Source: Bdellovibrionales bacterium | Lineage (GTDB): Bacteria; Bdellovibrionota; Bdellovibrionia; Bdellovibrionales; JAGQZY01 | Length of the DNA stretch: 64,000 bases | Direction: 5' to 3' | NCBI GenBank assembly: GCA_964230645.1 | Contig: CAXRHT010000001.1 | Coordinates: 800,001 to 864,000, forward strand | Shown here: positions 1-9,108 of the stretch, piece after piece | How positions within the stretch are numbered: the first letter of the stretch is position 1 | How the letters are laid out: the number at the start of each line of letters is the position of its first letter | Program-made: the position numbers and the translations under genes | The notes under the pieces: model-generated | Database searches by the model: none | What the model was told of the DNA's origin: nothing | Seen by the model: the letters and a program-made list of their open reading frames with translations, nothing else

Positions 1-735
1 AACAGAAGCCATTGCGCGAGAGGAATTTTTACTCCTTTCAGCATCTTCACCTGCAGAAGGACCGCCAGCACTATTTTGTCGGTTGAGCATAACGGCTGAC
101 TGACCACTAGCCAGGGATTGAGATTTTACCGTATCGGGATTGCTACCGTTCTTAAAATTGGCGCCACCTGAAGCCCCACTGTCCTCACTCGCATAGAGCA
201 AGCCACCTTTGACCATCGTTTGACCACCGGGGTTGCTACCGCCTCCAAGACCCGTAATCCCCGACCCAGCGTCATCCGCGTAGGGATCCTGAGCCTGCGC
301 CTGTTGTCTTGCCGACTGATCAAAAGCAGTGTCTTCATCATCACTAGCTCCCGGAGGATTGCCATTTGTGCCTCCAGCGCCATTGCCAACTCCAGAAACA
401 CTTGAATTGTTAAAATTATGGACTTGTTCGGCAGACGCACCTCTTCTGGATTCTGGATCTCTATCAGGACGCGCACCTGAAAGCTGAAAATTTCTTCTAT
501 TTCCCTGAAATTCCAATGCTCCTGTTTCAGGTTCCACCTCAATTCCAGTTTCTGATCTTAAGTCCTCCCAGCCCGAGCTGTGAGGACCAGCCGCAGTCCG
601 ACTTCCGATACATCCTTGGGGCTGGAAAACAGCGTCGCAGGCTAATACAGCCTCAACATCGACCATCTCTCCAGCCTTAGAATTATAGCCAAAGAGTGAT
701 ATAGAGATGCAAATTAAAACTACAACAACTTTCAC
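1..735 (-). CDS. Secreted Gly/Ser-rich hypothetical protein, partial (runs off the left edge; missing from the ORF track)
   Basis: Manual translation from GTG at 735 (MKVVVVLICISISLFGYNSKAGEMVDVEAVLACDAVFQPQGC...) stays open to base 1. It has a signal-peptide-like N-terminus and starts 5 nt after the stop of 741..1625. Confidence 0.75.
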   Translation of the reverse strand, partial: MKVVVVLICISISLFGYNSKAGEMVDVEAVLACDAVFQPQGCIGSRTAAGPHSSGWEDLRSETGIEVEPETGALEFQGNRRNFQLSGARPDRDPESRRGASAEQVHNFNNSSVSGVGNGAGGTNGNPPGASDDEDTAFDQSARQQAQAQDPYADDAGSGITGLGGGSNPGGQTMVKGGLLYASEDSGASGGANFKNGSNPDTVKSQSLASGQSAVMLNRQNSAGGPSAGEDAERSKNSSRAMASV

Positions 736-740
736 TGATA

Positions 741-1625
741 CTATTCCGGTCTAGGTTCAGGTCTCACGGCACTCATTTCAACAAAACGGTTCAAATCCTG
801 TAAAGACTGTAAGATTGATATTGCTTTTCTACGATTAATTTTATGCCTGTTCGCATTCAGATGGATTACTGAGGCCGCCCCTCCATCCCCCATCATATAG
901 TTACTAAATTCGGTCAGTAGATTATCAATCCCGGCTTCGGTACAGGAAGCGAGGAGATGCTCCTTACCTTCTTGGTTATAGTCACCAATAATCTGTTTAA
1001 AAGTATCTTTACAATTGGGCGCTTGAGCTTGAGCTAGTGCCTGTGCACAAGATTGATTGGCTGTAACCATCTTCTTTAAATGATCATTTAGAGCGTTAGT
1101 CGTTCGAATGGCTGTCGATCTCCAATCAACCGAAGAAGATGTATCACTCGCTAGACCTCTTGCACTTTGTAATGCCTCCGTTAGCTCTGAATTTTCAGGA
1201 TCTGCGATAACTGAAGAGGCATTAGGATTTTGTTGGGATGGAGAAGAGGGGCCAAAAGTAGCTCCCTCTGGAATAGATCCTTCACACTGCCACCTGATAT
1301 TATTTAAACTACAATTATTATCGAAAAGATTGGCGAGATAACCTCTCATCTCCTCAACCAAACAAACATTTTGCCTCATCTGCTGCTTGGCCATGATTTC
1401 ATTGGCGACACCCTCTAAACGTTCCACGACGGCGGGATCATTAGTCATCATCATTTCGTTATTCAAACGACGCAAGTTTGCCTGTTCAGCACTTATCCTT
1501 AATCTTAACTCTTCTTTTAGCGGTTCTATATATTTAGATCGAACAATTTGCTCATCATACCCAAACTGAGCAAATGCTGGAATTGAAAACAGTAATGACA
1601 TCAATATGATAAAAATTTGTTTCAT
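741..1625 (-). CDS. Secreted hypothetical protein
   Basis: 294-aa ORF with Sec signal (MKQIFIILMSLLFSIPAFA), GGGG-type RBS, several Cys. Confidence 0.75.
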   Translation of the reverse strand: MKQIFIILMSLLFSIPAFAQFGYDEQIVRSKYIEPLKEELRLRISAEQANLRRLNNEMMMTNDPAVVERLEGVANEIMAKQQMRQNVCLVEEMRGYLANLFDNNCSLNNIRWQCEGSIPEGATFGPSSPSQQNPNASSVIADPENSELTEALQSARGLASDTSSSVDWRSTAIRTTNALNDHLKKMVTANQSCAQALAQAQAPNCKDTFKQIIGDYNQEGKEHLLASCTEAGIDNLLTEFSNYMMGDGGAASVIHLNANRHKINRRKAISILQSLQDLNRFVEMSAVRPEPRPE

Positions 1626-1906
1626 TTTCCCCTACCCATATCAGTCCATTATATAAGGTGAAGGCAAATTAGAACAGTTCTACTCTATTTTACGAGTCAA
1701 AATGAGACAGGATTGGAGCTTACCAAATCATTTGCTGTGACACTTTATGTTTCTAATCTGTAAATAATGTATACACTCTTGAAAAATTACCAGAGGGTAT
1801 GGCAATTATTAATAATCTCAATATGATAAACCCCTTACAATGATTGAAGAATTATCAATTGGTATGGAACTTGATATTAATAAGTACAAAAGGCTGGGAG
1901 GCTTAG

Positions 1907-2536
1907 ATGTTGAAAAAAATGTTAATCACCACAATAACAATAATGATGTTTCCTCTAATCGGTCACACAGAAAATGTGAGATCGGAAGATACTCTGGCTC
2001 GTTACACTTGTTTTCGAACAGACCAATCTGGAAACAACGCCTCTGGTAAAGTCGTTATCTTTCAACAACGTCACAATGACAATATTAACGGGGAAGATTT
2101 CAACTCTGGTCAACATTCCACAATTGCTGAGTTCTCTGTTCACGTTTTCAAAGGCGTTAACGAGGTAAGAGGTCTAAATTCATTCGAACAACTTCAGGAT
2201 TTAGATACTTTAGAACTCTCTGAAAACCTACTTTCTCAAGTGGGCACTACCTATCATGAAAAGCGTGACAATTACCTAGAGTATAATGATGGCGTTGCAC
2301 AAAGAAGAGGGGCCTTCTTAGGATTCAGCTGGAACGACCGAGATGGTAGCCTTGCACTGAATAGCGGCTTCACAACATCTGGAATTTTTAGTAACCGCAG
2401 AGAAAACTTTGAGGACACAGACCAAGGCTCTATGGTTTGTAATTTTCCCGATTTTATTTCTGAAAGGACAGAACTTGTCCTAAACGAGGAGACTCTTCAG
2501 AACGAAAACAACACAGTGAATTCAGTATTAAGATAG
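1907..2536 (+). CDS. Secreted hypothetical protein (distant paralog of 2711..3265)
   Basis: GGAGG RBS, signal peptide, followed by a terminator hairpin. Confidence 0.75.
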   Translation: MLKKMLITTITIMMFPLIGHTENVRSEDTLARYTCFRTDQSGNNASGKVVIFQQRHNDNINGEDFNSGQHSTIAEFSVHVFKGVNEVRGLNSFEQLQDLDTLELSENLLSQVGTTYHEKRDNYLEYNDGVAQRRGAFLGFSWNDRDGSLALNSGFTTSGIFSNRRENFEDTDQGSMVCNFPDFISERTELVLNEETLQNENNTVNSVLR

Positions 2537-2545
2537 TCTTTAGCC

Positions 2546-2574
2546 AAGCCACCTTCCTCCCAGGGTGGCTTTTG
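2546..2574 (+). terminator. Rho-independent terminator
   Basis: AAGCCACC...GGTGGCTT stem followed by T-rich tract, just after the stop at 2536. Confidence 0.65.
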
Positions 2575-2710
2575 TTGTCTAGAAAATTTCCAACCCTGTA
2601 AATTTCACAGTTCAAGTTCTAAAAGCAACTCTTCTCTTATATAATATTTCTTTATTTCGCGGAACTATCAACCAGTTTTAGATCTTGAATTCATTGCTGC
2701 AAGCAAGGTA

Positions 2711-3265
2711 TTGACTATGAAATTTTTAACGACTTTTATACTTATTATTACTGGAGCGAGCTTTTCTCTGGCTACGGCCAGTGCAGACGAAAATTTAGCG
2801 CAACTTATATGCTTCACACATACCACAGGTGAAAATGCTTCATCGCAAGGTGATGTGTTTATCTTCACGCAAGAGCCTGGAAGTGGTGTCAGCGGCAAAG
2901 CAATTGCCGAAGTTGAGACGGATGAATACCAAAATACCATCGTCACTCCCGACCTTAAATTCCGTATGCAGCACTATCAAGAAGATGGGAATTCGGTTGA
3001 TGAATTAGTTAAACTCAACGCTCCTTTAGCTAGTCAGGGATCCGCTATATTGACCCTCTCTGAAGATCTCACACAAAATTCCATTAATATAGCCCCCACT
3101 CATTCTGTGCTTCTTCAAAGACAAATGGATGGAGTCGGTATCGGAAACTTCAATGACTCCCTTGGTGACGGGCTTCAATTTAAGACTGACGATATGAAAG
3201 GAAGTCTTACATACGAGGGTACGAGCCTACCCGTTTCCTGCTACAGTCATATAATTTCCCAGTAA
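2711..3265 (+). CDS. Secreted hypothetical protein (probable start ATG 2717)
   Basis: Signal peptide MKFLTTFILIITGASFSLATASA; LAxxxCF...GxVxIFxQ motif shared with 1907..2536. Confidence 0.75.
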   Translation: MTMKFLTTFILIITGASFSLATASADENLAQLICFTHTTGENASSQGDVFIFTQEPGSGVSGKAIAEVETDEYQNTIVTPDLKFRMQHYQEDGNSVDELVKLNAPLASQGSAILTLSEDLTQNSINIAPTHSVLLQRQMDGVGIGNFNDSLGDGLQFKTDDMKGSLTYEGTSLPVSCYSHIISQ

Positions 3266-3275
3266 CTTTTTTCAA

Positions 3276-4079
3276 TTACATCATGAGGCAAGCCATTTTC
3301 TCAAGACTTTGAGAAAGGGCTCGGCCCACGTCACTAAATGAGGATGCGGGCGTGAGATAGTTGGGATGAGTGACAACATGATCCCTGTAGAAGTCTCTTG
3401 TAATATAAAGATCTTCAGGCATATCGTTGGGGTCTCTTGGTTCAACCGTTTCACCGAGCATTTCCATGAGCTCATCCGCTCTACCTCTTCCTGTATCTTC
3501 ATATACGACAATGGGAAGACCATGAACTTGAATGCCTTCATAGCGAAAGAGATTTTTTAAGTTTAAAAATTCTTCGGCGGTATATTCATTGGGTGGACCG
3601 TCTCCTGAAATAAGGACCACTCTTCGAAAGGCTTGGTTGCCATCTCTTTTGAGGACTTCGAGTGACTTCTCAAGAGCTCCTCGCACATTGGTTACGTATC
3701 CGGTTCCATAAAGCTTAGCCAGTGGTGTTGGTGAGTTGATTTGGTTTCCAAAAAGAAGGGCTAAAGAAAAAAGGTCTTCCTCGGACCGAATACGCTTAGG
3801 TTCAAAAACAACGGACTGAGATTCACTCCAAAAAATCACACTTACTTCGGTACACCCACAACCTAAAAAAGGCCCCCAGAGATTCTCATTCATAAAGGCC
3901 TGCTGATAACCCTGCATCTGTAGGTTCATCTCCTGAGTATTAACCGAATGAGAAATATCTACAGCTATGACCACAGACTGATCAACTACGGACTGAGCGT
4001 CGCCACAGGCAGCCAAAGAGTATATTGAGATTAAGAAAATCTTTGAAAACACTAATATGATTCTGACAACTTGTAACAT
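3276..4079 (-). CDS. DUF1194-like VWA-fold secreted protein
   Basis: MIDAS-like AVDISHSV, QMQGYQQAF, VIFWS and RRVVLISGDGPPN motifs typical of DUF1194; N-terminal signal. Confidence 0.75.
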   Translation of the reverse strand: MLQVVRIILVFSKIFLISIYSLAACGDAQSVVDQSVVIAVDISHSVNTQEMNLQMQGYQQAFMNENLWGPFLGCGCTEVSVIFWSESQSVVFEPKRIRSEEDLFSLALLFGNQINSPTPLAKLYGTGYVTNVRGALEKSLEVLKRDGNQAFRRVVLISGDGPPNEYTAEEFLNLKNLFRYEGIQVHGLPIVVYEDTGRGRADELMEMLGETVEPRDPNDMPEDLYITRDFYRDHVVTHPNYLTPASSFSDVGRALSQSLEKMACLMM

Positions 4080-4238
4080 CGTGTGCTTCTAACATCGATT
4101 TTAACTGCTCCGAAGAAATCACTGCAAATTGTAACTTTTCCATACATTCTGGGTTGGACAACAAAAATTATAATATTTGTTTATATGATTGACCAGGATC
4201 AACCAATAGCTTAGGGTCGCAAAATCAAGAGGTGACCT

Positions 4239-4577
4239 ATGTCCAAAAAATTATTTTTTCTTGTTTCTTTTATTTCTAGCTGTTTCGCTAGTGCAAGAGC
4301 TTCAGTTGACGTTACCGGTAGTGATTTCATGGAAAATGGAAATTCTAGACATGAATTCGTCGGGCAAGAAGAAATGCTTTTACATTTCTCAAATAGTGAT
4401 AAAATAGACCAATTCTTCAAGGATAACTCTTGTGCTTATGGAGTGGGAAATGAAATACAAAGTGAAGACGACGTTGTGGTTGATCTCACTAATTGTGACG
4501 TTATTATCGTTCCTCCTGATGTGGAAATTCTTGCCGCAGGAAATGTTTGGGAAGAAGGAGGTCGAAACTTCCTTTAA
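4239..4577 (+). CDS. Small secreted acidic protein; candidate peptide/RiPP precursor
   Basis: GAGGTG RBS at 4229-4234; Sec signal ending ASARA; acidic mature part with 2 Cys; C-terminus ILAAGNVWEEGGRNFL; first gene of the SBP-YcaO-kinase cassette. Confidence 0.65.
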   Translation: MSKKLFFLVSFISSCFASARASVDVTGSDFMENGNSRHEFVGQEEMLLHFSNSDKIDQFFKDNSCAYGVGNEIQSEDDVVVDLTNCDVIIVPPDVEILAAGNVWEEGGRNFL

Positions 4578-6018
4578 GGAAGTCGACCTGACCTTTTTTC
4601 TTCACCAGAAAAATCCATTTTCTACTAGTATTTATAAAAGTGATTATTTCAGAAACAACGCCCTGATGGTTAATCTGATCGGTTCACTTGTAAAAACTGA
4701 CAACGCAGGAAAATACAACCTGTATCTTGCAAAAAAATTGCAAACTACACTTGATAAGAAAACTTGGATCTTTACCCTCAGAGACAATCTATCTTGTGAA
4801 AATGGTGAAAAGATCACCGCAGCCTCCTACGCGAAAAACCTCACTCAGTCCTTGAAACGGTACAGCCGGATGGGGCAACTGCTTGAATTTAAGAAGCTCT
4901 CTGGAGCTAACGAGCTCGATAAATGGGATACCACACAAATTCCTGGAATAACCTACGAAGCAAACAACCTAATCTTGAAATTTGACCAAAGGCCAGAACA
5001 ATTGTTTGAGCGCTTGGCTGATAGATATTTCGGATACATTTGTTCAGGGAATTTTGAGGAGGATAATTACACTTGGAAAGACGAAAGTAAAATTATTTCA
5101 AGTGGTCCTTATAGAATCCATGAAGTAACGTCAGAATGGGACTTTACCTTAATTTATAGAAAAAAAGGGTCGGTTCCAAGGGAAACAGAGTTCAAAAAAG
5201 TAAGGTATAAAATTGTGAGTGATCCAAATGACATTCACAGCTCAACTTTTGTTGCTCAGCTCAACGAAATAATTCCCAAGAAGAAAAATGTTAATCTTGT
5301 CGGGGGAGTTCCAACATTTACAGTCAATCTGTCACTTCCGATCTGGGAAAAGTCTATCTTTCAAAATATTAAATCACGAAAATATTTTTTCTTTGAGCTC
5401 TACAATATAAAACAGAAAACACGATACAATGACACTTCAACTGTTTCTGCAAACAGTTTCTTCCCCCTTGACCAAAGAGACTATTTTTCCGAATACTACA
5501 AAAATAATAAAGTAAGACCTTGGATGTTTGAACAGAAAAGAACGGCTGTGGTTTCTTTGTCTACCGGTTTACCTCAAGATTATCAGAAATTGATTATCGA
5601 TAATTTAAAAACTATCGGACAAAAAATGAATTTCGAAATAGAACTTTACGATCCCCGAAAACACCAAGCTAAGACTCCAGAAAACATTAAGCCCTTTGAT
5701 ATCCGAATCACCTCAGTTGATATGGATGCCATTCCTTATTTTTCTCTTCTAGACATGATATTCTGTTCGGAATTGGGAGTGAGATATTCGGACAACGGAG
5801 GTAGAGTTTGCAAGTTCATAAACCAGCATATTAACACTCATAACGGACCTTTAGATACAGCTCAACGAGAGCAGTTACATAAACTCATTCTTGATAATGG
5901 ATTGGTCATGCCCTTGGCGCACAGGTCTCTAACATATATGTACTCAGACAACATCGATCTCAGTACTGTTTCAGCTTCTGGCCTTCACCCAGTGCCGAAT
6001 TTACTGAAGAAAAAATGA
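4450..6018 (+). CDS. Family-5 (OppA/DppA-like) extracellular solute-binding protein with N-terminal membrane anchor
   Basis: LVKTD..G...LA, KTWIFTLRDNL..ENGEKITA and SSGPYRI motifs of SBP_bac_5. Preferred start is ATG 4450 with GGAG at 4440-4443, giving MKYKVKTTLWLISLIVTLLSFLLMW (the ORF track starts at 4432). Confidence 0.8.
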   Translation: MKYKVKTTLWLISLIVTLLSFLLMWKFLPQEMFGKKEVETSFKEVDLTFFLHQKNPFSTSIYKSDYFRNNALMVNLIGSLVKTDNAGKYNLYLAKKLQTTLDKKTWIFTLRDNLSCENGEKITAASYAKNLTQSLKRYSRMGQLLEFKKLSGANELDKWDTTQIPGITYEANNLILKFDQRPEQLFERLADRYFGYICSGNFEEDNYTWKDESKIISSGPYRIHEVTSEWDFTLIYRKKGSVPRETEFKKVRYKIVSDPNDIHSSTFVAQLNEIIPKKKNVNLVGGVPTFTVNLSLPIWEKSIFQNIKSRKYFFFELYNIKQKTRYNDTSTVSANSFFPLDQRDYFSEYYKNNKVRPWMFEQKRTAVVSLSTGLPQDYQKLIIDNLKTIGQKMNFEIELYDPRKHQAKTPENIKPFDIRITSVDMDAIPYFSLLDMIFCSELGVRYSDNGGRVCKFINQHINTHNGPLDTAQREQLHKLILDNGLVMPLAHRSLTYMYSDNIDLSTVSASGLHPVPNLLKKK

Positions 6019-6860
6019 GAAAGTTAAGTATTTTCGAAAAGGCGCCTGAGAAACCTATTGTATATATGCAGAAACAGCAAGGCTTTGAAGATAATCAATC
6101 ATTTTATCATGTTACCCTACATTTTCCATCTACAAACATACTAGCCTCTGGAAGCGACCGAAGCAAGAGGATCGCTACCAACAAAGCTTGCTGTGAAGCT
6201 GTTGAAAGATTATTTTACCATAGGCACCAAGGCACAGATGTCATGAAATTCCGAGAACTTAATTCAACCACATGTATGGCTGCAGGTTTTGATTTAAGAA
6301 AAACTATTCAACGTTCGAACAACGAATGTGTAGAAAGGTATATTAAGTTACTTATTAATCAAAAAAAGTTCACACCAAAAAAGTCTCAAATTGCTAAATC
6401 AGATTATCGTTACCTTGCAGGATGTTTCGATCGTATAGAGAGGTTTACCGTGCAAGTTTCGTTTTTAGACTATAATGGTATTTCACAGGTTCGCTGGTTT
6501 ACGCTTTGTCTTTGTTGGCAAAAAGGTCGCTTTGTAACAGGTTCTTCTGTGAATAATTCTGCTGAAATGGCTACGGAACACTCTCTTGTCGAAGCTAAAA
6601 GAAACTTAACTATACTAAACAAACTGGATTCGCCACCCTATAATCAGTTTAAAAATTCGTTTTATTCAAAAGTAAAAAAAATGTCGAAATCAGGAGTAAA
6701 AGCCCTAAACTACTTGGAGAATATTAACATCGAAAAAGACCAAGTCATGCTTCCAAAAATCTACTGGCAGGAGTACTCTAATTTTCTCGGCACACACGTC
6801 TGTCGATCTTTTCTACAAGGGTACCTCTTAGACCTACCAAACCAGAAGGATCTTTTTTGA
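6015..6860 (+). CDS. Compact YcaO-like family protein
   Basis: YcaO-type motifs in order: SGSD...A..KACCEAVER, NSTTCMAAG......RSNNECVER, GSS.....A...SLVEA; ATGA-coupled to the upstream gene. Confidence 0.7.
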   Translation: MRKLSIFEKAPEKPIVYMQKQQGFEDNQSFYHVTLHFPSTNILASGSDRSKRIATNKACCEAVERLFYHRHQGTDVMKFRELNSTTCMAAGFDLRKTIQRSNNECVERYIKLLINQKKFTPKKSQIAKSDYRYLAGCFDRIERFTVQVSFLDYNGISQVRWFTLCLCWQKGRFVTGSSVNNSAEMATEHSLVEAKRNLTILNKLDSPPYNQFKNSFYSKVKKMSKSGVKALNYLENINIEKDQVMLPKIYWQEYSNFLGTHVCRSFLQGYLLDLPNQKDLF

Positions 6861-8020
6861 AGCCCAAAAAATCAGTTTTCCAGGAAAAACGCTTATACAC
6901 TCTTCTATTTTTAACCACACTGGCAGGATTATCCCTGGTTCAAATTATTTTCTATATTTTGATGCTTTCAAACAGTACAGTAATTACGAAGACTCTAAGA
7001 GAAAGTTTTGATATTGGTCTCTACGAGTCTGATTTTGACAATGCTTCTATTCTTATGCGAAATCTCGAAAAAGCAGACATTTTAGATTGTGTTTCACTCA
7101 AGATTAAGACAATCGATCAGCTTTTCGTTGTCTACTCCTCTGCTGTCCAGGAAACTTGTAATCCCTCAAGCTTTTTACTCAATGGTGTCAGGGTTGAAGG
7201 TTCTCTTGCTGGCAACACTGGAAACTCATGGATTTATTCCTTTGTAGTTCGAATGGACCAGAATCACGTTCTATTGTTATGGTTTTGCCGTCTTCTGTCT
7301 TGCATTGTTTCATTCGCTTTAACTTATTTTTTTGTTCAGAACAATCTGCATATTAAACAAAAGGAAGATGAAATTTCACTAAACATGAGAGCTATAGCTC
7401 ACGACCTAACATCGCCTATTGGACTCCTTAGAATGCTTTCTAGTCAGCAAAAGTCATTGAATAATGACAAAACCCTTGGCTACATGAAAAATGCTACCGA
7501 AAGGCTTTCAGATATCTCACAAACTATTCTAGATGGAACCCTTGATATTTACTCTTCTTCTAGAGAAACTTTTAATATCAAGAAAATAACTGAAAAGATC
7601 GTTGAAGAGAAGATTAACTTCTTTGGTGATTCGATCAGTGTTGATATCGAAACCTCCGTTGCAAACCACAACTTAAATGTTATCGGGAACAGTCAGAAAT
7701 TTGAAAGAATCTTATCAAATATGATTAACAATTCTTTTGAGGCTCTCTCAGAGAAAGTATCAGTGCTTCAGATGAAAATCGTTTTGAAGTCTGAAAATTC
7801 TAAAATAACTGTTCAAATATCTGATAATGGTTCGGGCATAAGTGATAGCCTTTTGAATCATTTAGGTGAAAAAGTCGTAAAATCAACAAAAAAAGGGGGG
7901 AGTGGCCTTGGGCTCTATCTCGCCAAAAAGGATATCGGCGAATGGGGAGGAGAGTTTAAAATTAAAACTACAAGTCCCACCGGCACAACCTTTGAAATCT
8001 CTCTTCCTAGAAGCGTTTAA
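6857..8020 (+). CDS. Membrane sensor histidine kinase (no adjacent response regulator)
   Basis: Two TM segments; H-box IAHDLTSP; N-box LSNMINNS; G1 DNGSG; G2 GSGLGL; TTGA-coupled start. Confidence 0.9.
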   Translation: MKPKKSVFQEKRLYTLLFLTTLAGLSLVQIIFYILMLSNSTVITKTLRESFDIGLYESDFDNASILMRNLEKADILDCVSLKIKTIDQLFVVYSSAVQETCNPSSFLLNGVRVEGSLAGNTGNSWIYSFVVRMDQNHVLLLWFCRLLSCIVSFALTYFFVQNNLHIKQKEDEISLNMRAIAHDLTSPIGLLRMLSSQQKSLNNDKTLGYMKNATERLSDISQTILDGTLDIYSSSRETFNIKKITEKIVEEKINFFGDSISVDIETSVANHNLNVIGNSQKFERILSNMINNSFEALSEKVSVLQMKIVLKSENSKITVQISDNGSGISDSLLNHLGEKVVKSTKKGGSGLGLYLAKKDIGEWGGEFKIKTTSPTGTTFEISLPRSV

Positions 8021-8043
8021 AGAACACATTTACATTTAGGTCG

Positions 8044-8958
8044 CTAGATTGACTTATTCTGTATCTGCTGCAAAAGCGCTCGATAGAAGACGTCGAACAC
8101 GCGGGCTTGATCCGGGGCGCAGTCTTTTTTGGAATAAAATTGCACGTTCATTGGGTATTGGAAATCCACTATAGGTACTGCCGACATTCTTCCCGTGCGC
8201 ACATGCTTTCTAATACTGTGTGCAGGTAGAAAGCCCCAGCCTAGACCTGATTCGATCACACGTTTTATGGTTCCAACATTTGTGGTTTCAAAAACGGGGG
8301 TCGGAGCTTTTTCCCCGTCCATATGTTTAGTCAGTGAGTTTTGAAAGCTAGGGAATTTTTCTGACAAACGCACCACAGGATTTTGGTTAATGTCTTTAAG
8401 CTGAATCTCCGTTGGAACACTAGCGTCTTTACTCGTTCCAACAAGCCACATCTCATCTTTCATCAAAAGTTTTTTGTCGGCATTCTCCAAGGGAACCTGG
8501 TACTCAGCCTGAGCATCGGGAATGATGATCACATCCAATTGATTGTTTTTAAATTGTTCAATCAATGTAACACCATCTTCGTAATTCAACTTAATATTAA
8601 GTTTGGAATTGTGCTTTAAAAATAATCCCACCACCGGACTTATAATATAAAGTCCTAATGAGTTTAGGGTTCCAATTCTTAGGGTCCCTTGAATGGCTTC
8701 ACCGATGGTTTGAATGGCCACCTGCGCTTGCTGATTAAGAGCAATAATCCTTTTCGCATAGTCGTACAGAATTTGGCCTTGAGCTGTCGCTTTGGCCTGC
8801 CTTGAACCTCTGACCAAGAGCTCAACGTTGAGTTCTTCTTCTAAATTTCTGATCTGTTGGCTGACGGCGGGCTGAGTTAAGAATAGTTTTTCAGCAGCGG
8901 CCGTCATGCTGCCCTCACTAAGAACGGTACAAAAAGTGGTCAATTGTTGAAAATTCAT
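8044..8958 (-). CDS. LysR-family transcriptional regulator
   Basis: HTH SMTAAAEKLFLTQPAVSQQIRNLEEEL plus substrate-binding domain. Confidence 0.95.
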   Translation of the reverse strand: MNFQQLTTFCTVLSEGSMTAAAEKLFLTQPAVSQQIRNLEEELNVELLVRGSRQAKATAQGQILYDYAKRIIALNQQAQVAIQTIGEAIQGTLRIGTLNSLGLYIISPVVGLFLKHNSKLNIKLNYEDGVTLIEQFKNNQLDVIIIPDAQAEYQVPLENADKKLLMKDEMWLVGTSKDASVPTEIQLKDINQNPVVRLSEKFPSFQNSLTKHMDGEKAPTPVFETTNVGTIKRVIESGLGWGFLPAHSIRKHVRTGRMSAVPIVDFQYPMNVQFYSKKDCAPDQARVFDVFYRALLQQIQNKSI

Positions 8959-8996
8959 GCTTCACTCTACCAATATTTTCAAAGACTTACAACATT

Positions 8997-9011
8997 ATAA
9001 GTTTTCCTTAT
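8997..9011. promoter_or_regulatory. Putative LysR binding box (T-N11-A)
   Basis: ATAAG-N5-CTTAT palindrome between the divergent LysR and S8 protease genes. Confidence 0.55.
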
Positions 9012-9108
9012 GTGAGCCCATAAAAAAGAACACTTGCCTCTTGTCCTAGACCATGGTCTTGTAAGCCTGTCTTTGGGGAGAAAGACAATTAATTCCGGGG
9101 GGGATATC

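Noticed and set aside
126..542. 138-aa minus-strand ORF (and 220..405 on plus) in the ORF track
   Set aside because: Alternative frames of the longer signal-peptide ORF 1..735, which the track missed because it runs off the edge.
4239..6018. One frameshifted SBP gene instead of two overlapping genes
   Set aside because: Each ORF has its own RBS and its own N-terminal hydrophobic export segment, and the SBP is full length from 4450. Only read data could exclude an assembly error completely.
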